64,000 bases of DNA from Candidatus Eiseniibacteriota bacterium (GTDB lineage: Bacteria; Eisenbacteria; RBG-16-71-46; JABDJR01), in NCBI GenBank assembly GCA_963783375.1, contig CAWANH010000028.1, positions 576,001 through 640,000 on the forward strand, read 5' to 3'. Below are positions 59,661 through 64,000 of this stretch, piece after piece. The notes beneath the pieces are model-generated. The model made no database searches, had not been told where the DNA came from, and saw nothing but the letters and a program-made list of their open reading frames with translations. Positions within the stretch are counted from its first letter, which is position 1. Every line of letters starts with the position of its first letter. A program made the translations under genes and the position numbers.

Positions 59661-60239
59661 TTGACGCCAACACTCATTGTCGTTGCCGGCCCCAATGGCT
59701 CTGGTAAGACAACGTTTGCGACGACCTATCAGGCGGAGACTGGCGGTATTCTGCTATCCACAGACTTCATTGCAGATGACCTTCGCCGGGCCGGAACCCC
59801 GGTCAGCGAGTTCGATGCTGGGCGCAGGTTCTTTGCCAAACTCAACCGCCTCCTCGAGGACGGCCAAAATCTCATCGTGGAGTCCACTGCAGCGGGGCGG
59901 GGGCTCACGAAGCACATCGATCGCGCCAGGGCTCTGGGCTACCAGACAAGTATCGTGTTCATCTTTCTCGAGTCAGCTGACATGTGCGTTGCCAGGGTGG
60001 AAGAGCGCGTCCGGAAGGGCGGGCACAGGGTCGCCGAAGAGGACATCCGGCGCCGTTACCCACGTAGTATCATGCACTTCTGGGATCTTCATCGCTTGGC
60101 CTTTCAGCGGTGGTATCTGTTCTATAATTCAGGAAGCCAGTTTGCCGCTGTGGCGGCGGGCACGGGTCCGGAAACGTCGATCTTCGACGACGCCCTTTTC
60201 GCGCAATTTCAGAGCATCGTTGAAGGGGTAAGCGAATGA
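59661..60239 (+). CDS. Cassette 2: zeta-toxin-like P-loop kinase/ATPase
   Basis: 'VVAGPNGSGKTT', 'IVEST', 'RVEERVRKGGH', 'IRRRY.RS'. Confidence 0.8.
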   Translation: MTPTLIVVAGPNGSGKTTFATTYQAETGGILLSTDFIADDLRRAGTPVSEFDAGRRFFAKLNRLLEDGQNLIVESTAAGRGLTKHIDRARALGYQTSIVFIFLESADMCVARVEERVRKGGHRVAEEDIRRRYPRSIMHFWDLHRLAFQRWYLFYNSGSQFAAVAAGTGPETSIFDDALFAQFQSIVEGVSE

Positions 60240-60439
60240 GCGAGCCACAACCCAAACCCAACGGGGATCTCCAGGCGGAACTCCGTACCTTTCAACGCAT
60301 CGGAAGCCGTGCCGTCCTCAAGGCCCAGGAGGAGAGTCGGCGGCTCCGCGTCCCCAATGTCTACTCCCACCGGGGGCGCGTATACTTTGAGCTCCCTGAC
60401 GGCGAGCTTTCCCTGTCTGATCCTCTCGCAGAGAAGTAG
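60236..60439 (+). CDS. Cassette 2: small protein coupled to the zeta-like gene (putative antitoxin)
   Basis: ATGA overlap; 67 aa 'RAVLKAQEESRRLRVPNVYS..GRVYFE'. Confidence 0.65.
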   Translation: MSEPQPKPNGDLQAELRTFQRIGSRAVLKAQEESRRLRVPNVYSHRGRVYFELPDGELSLSDPLAEK

Positions 60440-60445
60440 GTAGAA

Positions 60446-60576
60446 ACATAACTGGCGGTTGAACCTGCCATGCCAACCTGGCACGGCCTTGGCTGTACGC
60501 CAGCTTCGCCTTGCCCAGAAAGGCCCCCAGCCAAGGCCGTGCCAGCTCGGCTTGCAGGTTAACCTGGACGTTAGGC
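60446..60576 (+). mobile_element. attC: attC site 2 (131 bp)
   Basis: R'' ACATAAC, L'' GTTGAACC, long stem CTGGCACGGCCTTGGCT/AGCCAAGGCCGTGCCAG, L' GGTTAAC, R' GTTAGGC. Confidence 0.9.
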
Positions 60577-60600
60577 CAGAAGGGATGCAAGACGTAAGAG

Positions 60601-60816
60601 ATGGGTAAGGACAAGGGCTTCACCCCACAAGCTGCGCGGCATTGGGGAGCGCTTGATCCTCGTCTCCAGACTCGATTGCTGAACAACGTGTGGTGCGTGC
60701 GATGCGGCCCCTCAACGTCGATCGTTGGCTTCACCGGACGAATCACGCATGGCGACTTGCTCTTGGAGGGTTCTTGTGGGCGATGCGGAGGCCCCGTGGC
60801 GCGAGTCATAGAATGA
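60601..60816 (+). CDS. Cassette 3: small zinc-ribbon protein
   Basis: 'VWCVRCG...GSCGRCGG' with two CxxC motifs. Confidence 0.65.
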   Translation: MGKDKGFTPQAARHWGALDPRLQTRLLNNVWCVRCGPSTSIVGFTGRITHGDLLLEGSCGRCGGPVARVIE

Positions 60817-60978
60817 AGGTGAGGCTCCCCCTCCTTGGCCATTCTCCCGTCTTCTTGCTTTTCGGCAGCCAATTCTTCGCATCGCTTGACGAAGTCATTG
60901 CAACGCATTGAAATACATAGGGTTGCCTGCTGGACTCTGCTGGAATCGAGAGTTCAGGGAATGAGGTAAACTGACGGC

Positions 60979-61218
60979 ATGTCGCCAACCGTGCTCAGGT
61001 CGGGCCCGTACCGTTTCTTCTTCTTCAGCAATGAGGCGGGTGAAGCGGTTCATATTCACGTTCAGCGGGAGAGAATGCTCGCGAAGTTTTGGCTTGATCC
61101 GGTTCAAGTGGCGCGCTCTACCGGCTTTTCGCCACGCGAGCTGAGACGAATCGAGAGCATCATAGCCAAAAGCAGAACGCTGCTCTTGGAGGCATGGAAT
61201 GAGTACTTCGCCAATTGA
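60979..61218 (+). CDS. Cassette 3: DUF4160-family protein (putative toxin)
   Basis: 'PTVLRSGPYRFFFFSNE...HIHV...AKFWLDP...WNEYF'. Confidence 0.85.
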   Translation: MSPTVLRSGPYRFFFFSNEAGEAVHIHVQRERMLAKFWLDPVQVARSTGFSPRELRRIESIIAKSRTLLLEAWNEYFAN

Positions 61219-61459
61219 AGTCCGGCCTTTGGCCCGCACCGCCGAAGTGACCGATGACGAACTGATTGTTGGGCTCGCCGACGGCAGGGTTATCAAAGTG
61301 CCTCTTGTTTGGTTTCCGCGACTCTTGCAAGCCAGTCCCGCCGCACGCCGAAAGTGGGAACTGCTCGGAGATGGCGAAGGCATCCATTGGCCGGATGCGG
61401 ATGAAGATCTCAGTGTTGAAGGTCTTCTGGCGGGTAATTCGGCCAGGGGTGTGGCCTAA
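61199..61459 (+). CDS. Cassette 3: DUF2442-family protein (putative antitoxin)
   Basis: 'LADGR...VPLVWFPRL..AS...GIHWPDADEDLSVEGLL'; stop codon lies in the attC3 R'' box. Confidence 0.85.
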   Translation: MSTSPIEVRPLARTAEVTDDELIVGLADGRVIKVPLVWFPRLLQASPAARRKWELLGDGEGIHWPDADEDLSVEGLLAGNSARGVA

Positions 61460-61513
61460 CAACAGCATGCAGCGGACGGCGCCTCGCGCCGCCGCAGATA
61501 CTGGACGTTAGCC
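61454..61513 (+). mobile_element. attC: attC site 3 (60 bp)
   Basis: R'' GCCTAAC (TGGCCTAAC complements GTTAGGCCA at attC2), L'' CATGCAGC, R' GTTAGCC. Confidence 0.85.
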
Positions 61514-61535
61514 AGACTGAAGGCAGGTTCCGCAG

Positions 61536-62207
61536 ATGGGGCTATACGAAGTGACGACAAGGGCCGCGGGTGTGGGCGCCGGACGTGCTCCCCTCACCTT
61601 GGCCCTGATAGGCGGGTGCCTGCTTGCATCCCTGCCCCTGCTCCTGATGCCTTCCCTTCGCAACACGCTTGGCAGCGGCGCGTCGCGACCTGTCGTCGGC
61701 CTCGTGACTTCGCCCTTTGTTCACGGCTTTTCCACGGCATCGCTCGTCCCTCATCTGGCTGGCAACCTCGCGCTGCTTTGGTACGCAGGGTCGCTCGTGG
61801 AAAGAGGTCTAGGGACGGCTCGCTTCGCCGTTCTGACGCTCTGTGCGTTGGGTGCCTACATGGCTATCCAGACGTTCGGCGCTCTCGAAGTAAACGGGGC
61901 ATCAGTATTCGTCTGGGCCTACGCACCCCCTCTGGCCCTGCTGCACCGATACTGTCTGCGAACCTCCTCGCGAGCCTCCGGTGGCGATGACATGACTGCC
62001 ACTCCGATAGTGCTGGTCATCATGTGGGTCGTCGTGCCGTTGCTGATGACTGCCGTTCCCTACGCCTTCGGCTGGTCCGGAGGTCTGGTCCGCGCGTTCG
62101 TGGTGGCCAACACCTTCCACATCAGCGCCACGGTCGTCGGGATCGGCGCTGCCTGGGCATGGCGGCAACAGCTGACCTCCGCAGCGGCCGAGATGGGTCA
62201 TGGGTAA
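61536..62207 (+). CDS. Cassette 4: rhomboid-like intramembrane protease
   Basis: 'VTSPFVH...HLAGNLALLWYAGSLVERGLG', 'NGAS', TM6 His 'TFHISA'. Confidence 0.72.
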   Translation: MGLYEVTTRAAGVGAGRAPLTLALIGGCLLASLPLLLMPSLRNTLGSGASRPVVGLVTSPFVHGFSTASLVPHLAGNLALLWYAGSLVERGLGTARFAVLTLCALGAYMAIQTFGALEVNGASVFVWAYAPPLALLHRYCLRTSSRASGGDDMTATPIVLVIMWVVVPLLMTAVPYAFGWSGGLVRAFVVANTFHISATVVGIGAAWAWRQQLTSAAAEMGHG

Positions 62208-62262
62208 CGGGACCGGTGCCTATGGTGACAGGGCAAGGAACCAACAAGCGAAATGGGCCACT

Positions 62263-62655
62263 ATGACAGATGGGAAACGCAGTGCTGAGTTAGCTGTGGG
62301 CTGGATCGAAGCGTGGATAAGGATGGACCTGGAGTGGTTGAGGGAACGGCTGGCTCCCGATTTCGTTCACACCAACCCGTTCGGCTGCCTCGAGGGATGT
62401 GACCATTACCTAGAAACCGTGGGGCCCATGGCCCGAAAGAGCGTGCAAGAGCTCAAGATCAGAGAGGTGCTCGCGGACGGGAATCAAGCAGCGGTCTGGT
62501 TCGAAAACCGGACACCCAAGGGAGTGATTCCATCCTGCGACTGGGTTCGCGTCGAAAGCGGCATGATCAAGGAAATCCAGTCGTTCTACGACAGCACGAA
62601 GGTGCGTGAAGTCCTGTCACCTGACGAGCAGGAGGATCTCGGTGATTCCTATTAG
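62263..62655 (+). CDS. Cassette 4: SnoaL/NTF2-like protein
   Basis: 'WIEAWIRMDLEWLRERLAPDFVH..PFG', 'LADGNQAAVW', 'IKEIQSFYD'. Confidence 0.8.
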   Translation: MTDGKRSAELAVGWIEAWIRMDLEWLRERLAPDFVHTNPFGCLEGCDHYLETVGPMARKSVQELKIREVLADGNQAAVWFENRTPKGVIPSCDWVRVESGMIKEIQSFYDSTKVREVLSPDEQEDLGDSY

Positions 62656-62720
62656 CACGACGGCCAGCGGTACCCTTCGGAATAGTGATCTGCACGCGGT
62701 CAAGGCAGCGCATCTTGGCT

Positions 62721-62784
62721 GGCTAACAACCGGTTGCAGCGGACGGTTCGCCGCGCGGCCCGCCGCTGAACCGGAGCGTTAGCC
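62721..62784 (+). mobile_element. attC: attC site 4 (64 bp)
   Basis: R'' GGCTAAC (CTGGCTAAC complements GTTAGCCAG at attC3), L'' GTTGCAGC, L' GCTGAAC, R' GTTAGCC. Confidence 0.9.
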
Positions 62785-62935
62785 CCACAACGGCCGCAAT
62801 GGGGCAGCGACCCAACGAACACGAAGATCATTGGTGCTGGCGGCTTGCATCCACCGGCCGCAGCGCTGCTCGATCCAGCGAGATGCCTGTCGTCTTCTAC
62901 TAGTAACACACTCGTGCAGGCAGTAGGATGCGCAG

Positions 62936-64000
62936 ATGAACGTTGTTCTGGCTCTCCTCGCAACTGGACTCGTGACCGCTGCACTGGCTCAGGCACCTTC
63001 GGATTCAATAGGCGAGTTTCTCGCGACCGAAATGCCGAGGTCGGGTGCGCCGGGGCTCGCTTATGCGGTGGTCGAAGGTGATGAGGTCCGGACCGGAAGC
63101 GCCGGGCCCGTGACGGCCGATACGCCATTCCTCATTGGCTCCATCTCCAAGAGCTTCACCGCCATGGCTGTGATGAGGCTGTCAGAAGCCGGAAAGGTCG
63201 AGCTTCAAGCGCCAGTCTCGCGCTATCTCGCTGTCTTCGAGGACCGCCCCTCCGGCGCCATCACCCTCCGGCAGCTGCTCGGCCACACCAGCGGCTATTC
63301 AACCTGGCAAGGCAACGACACGCACACCGATCGCACGAGCAGCCGGGATGAACTTCAGCGCCAGGTCGCGCGAATCGCTCGATGGACTCCGGCGCACGCG
63401 CCCGACACGCGTTGGCAGTACTCCAATGCGAACTACCTGATCCTTGGCGCTGTGATCGAGGCAGTGAGCGGCGAGGACTTCGCGAGCTACATTGAAAAGG
63501 AGATTCTCGAGCCGATCGGGATGAAGGCGAGCTTCGTCTCCGACGGGGAAGACCATGACGCGATGGCGGTCGGCCATCAGCCCTGGTTCGCCTCGAAGCG
63601 ACCGCTCGAGGACAATCGCACGAATCGCGCCAACGCGCCTGCGGGCGGCATCGTCGCTACTGCCTCGGACATGGCCCTTTATCTGGCGGTCATGATGAAC
63701 GGACGGGACGATGTCATCAGCGCAGCGAGTAAGGCCGCCATGCTGCGCCCGGCCAGCACGGCTTCTCCTTACTACGGCTTCGGCTGGTCCATCGACTCCC
63801 ACAATGGCACGTTCTCTCACTCGGGCCTCACACCCGGCGTCGAGACGCTGGCGGTCCTGATGCCGGAGAATCGCAAGGGCGTCGTCATTCTCGTCAATTC
63901 GAACAGCGGATTCGGATTTGGGGAAAACGCACGGCTCTTCGATGGAGTCAGCGCGCGAGCCCTGGGCCTGGATGACCCCGGAAGCGGGAGTAGTTGGGGT
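62936..64000 (+). CDS. Cassette 5: exported serine hydrolase of the beta-lactamase/PBP (class C-like) family, 3' truncated by window
   Basis: Translated manually (not in the ORF track): signal peptide MNVVLALLATG..., SxxK 'GSISKSFT', 'LLGHTSG', 'WQYSNANY', 'FSHSG'. Confidence 0.85.
   Translation, partial: MNVVLALLATGLVTAALAQAPSDSIGEFLATEMPRSGAPGLAYAVVEGDEVRTGSAGPVTADTPFLIGSISKSFTAMAVMRLSEAGKVELQAPVSRYLAVFEDRPSGAITLRQLLGHTSGYSTWQGNDTHTDRTSSRDELQRQVARIARWTPAHAPDTRWQYSNANYLILGAVIEAVSGEDFASYIEKEILEPIGMKASFVSDGEDHDAMAVGHQPWFASKRPLEDNRTNRANAPAGGIVATASDMALYLAVMMNGRDDVISAASKAAMLRPASTASPYYGFGWSIDSHNGTFSHSGLTPGVETLAVLMPENRKGVVILVNSNSGFGFGENARLFDGVSARALGLDDPGSGSSWG

Larger units (their letters stand above)
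57686..64000 (+). mobile_element. Integron with co-oriented (inverted-type) integrase and at least 5 gene cassettes, running off the window end
   Basis: intI, attI core at 59018, four attC sites whose R'' boxes complement the preceding core site, and visibly lower GC in the cassettes. Confidence 0.9.

Noticed and set aside
59535-62784. Spaced palindromic repeats as a CRISPR array or REP elements
   Set aside because: The repeats differ in length and sequence, flank whole genes and have attC R/L box structure; no cas genes are present.
62936-64000. Cassette 5 as a bona fide antibiotic-resistance beta-lactamase
   Set aside because: SxxK/YxN/HxG motifs are shared by many esterases and peptidases of this fold; resistance cannot be inferred from sequence, and the gene is truncated by the window.

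Overview
High-GC bacterial chromosomal window. C-terminal FlgD-Ig domains and a TWGxxK tail suggest an FCB-superphylum candidate lineage such as Eisenbacteria, Krumholzibacteriota or Latescibacterota (inference). There are four blocks. (1) About 1-23.4 kb: a beta-1,3-glucan (laminarin) utilisation locus with no SusC/SusD. It has a glycan-binding lipoprotein, a ROK repressor, two GH16, GH17, GH1, a GH149 phosphorylase, an Opp-family sugar ABC transporter split over two convergent operons, secreted CBM proteins and a 1057-aa GH-A enzyme fused to a probable outer-membrane beta-barrel. Three copies of a 21-bp palindromic operator mark its promoters. (2) About 23.5-32.5 kb: a secreted trimeric-fibre/adhesin module facing a MalT-like STAND-TPR-BTAD regulator. 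(3) About 32.5-56.5 kb: mixed housekeeping and stress genes (radical SAM, GOLPH3-like, AKR, ATP-grasp, MoaD-like plus beta-propeller, RluA, MsrB, OsmC, ClC, ABC, UDG, HAD, GT-C, arsR-arsC-acr3). Frameshifts cluster at 35.8-38.4 kb and look like assembly indels. (4) About 56.7-64 kb: a specialised NusG paralogue directly upstream of, and co-oriented with, an inverted-type integron (intI, attI downstream of intI, four attC sites, five cassettes including two TA-like modules). The best candidates for undescribed biology are the NusG-paralogue/integron coupling and the glycosidase-porin fusion in a Sus-less glucan locus.
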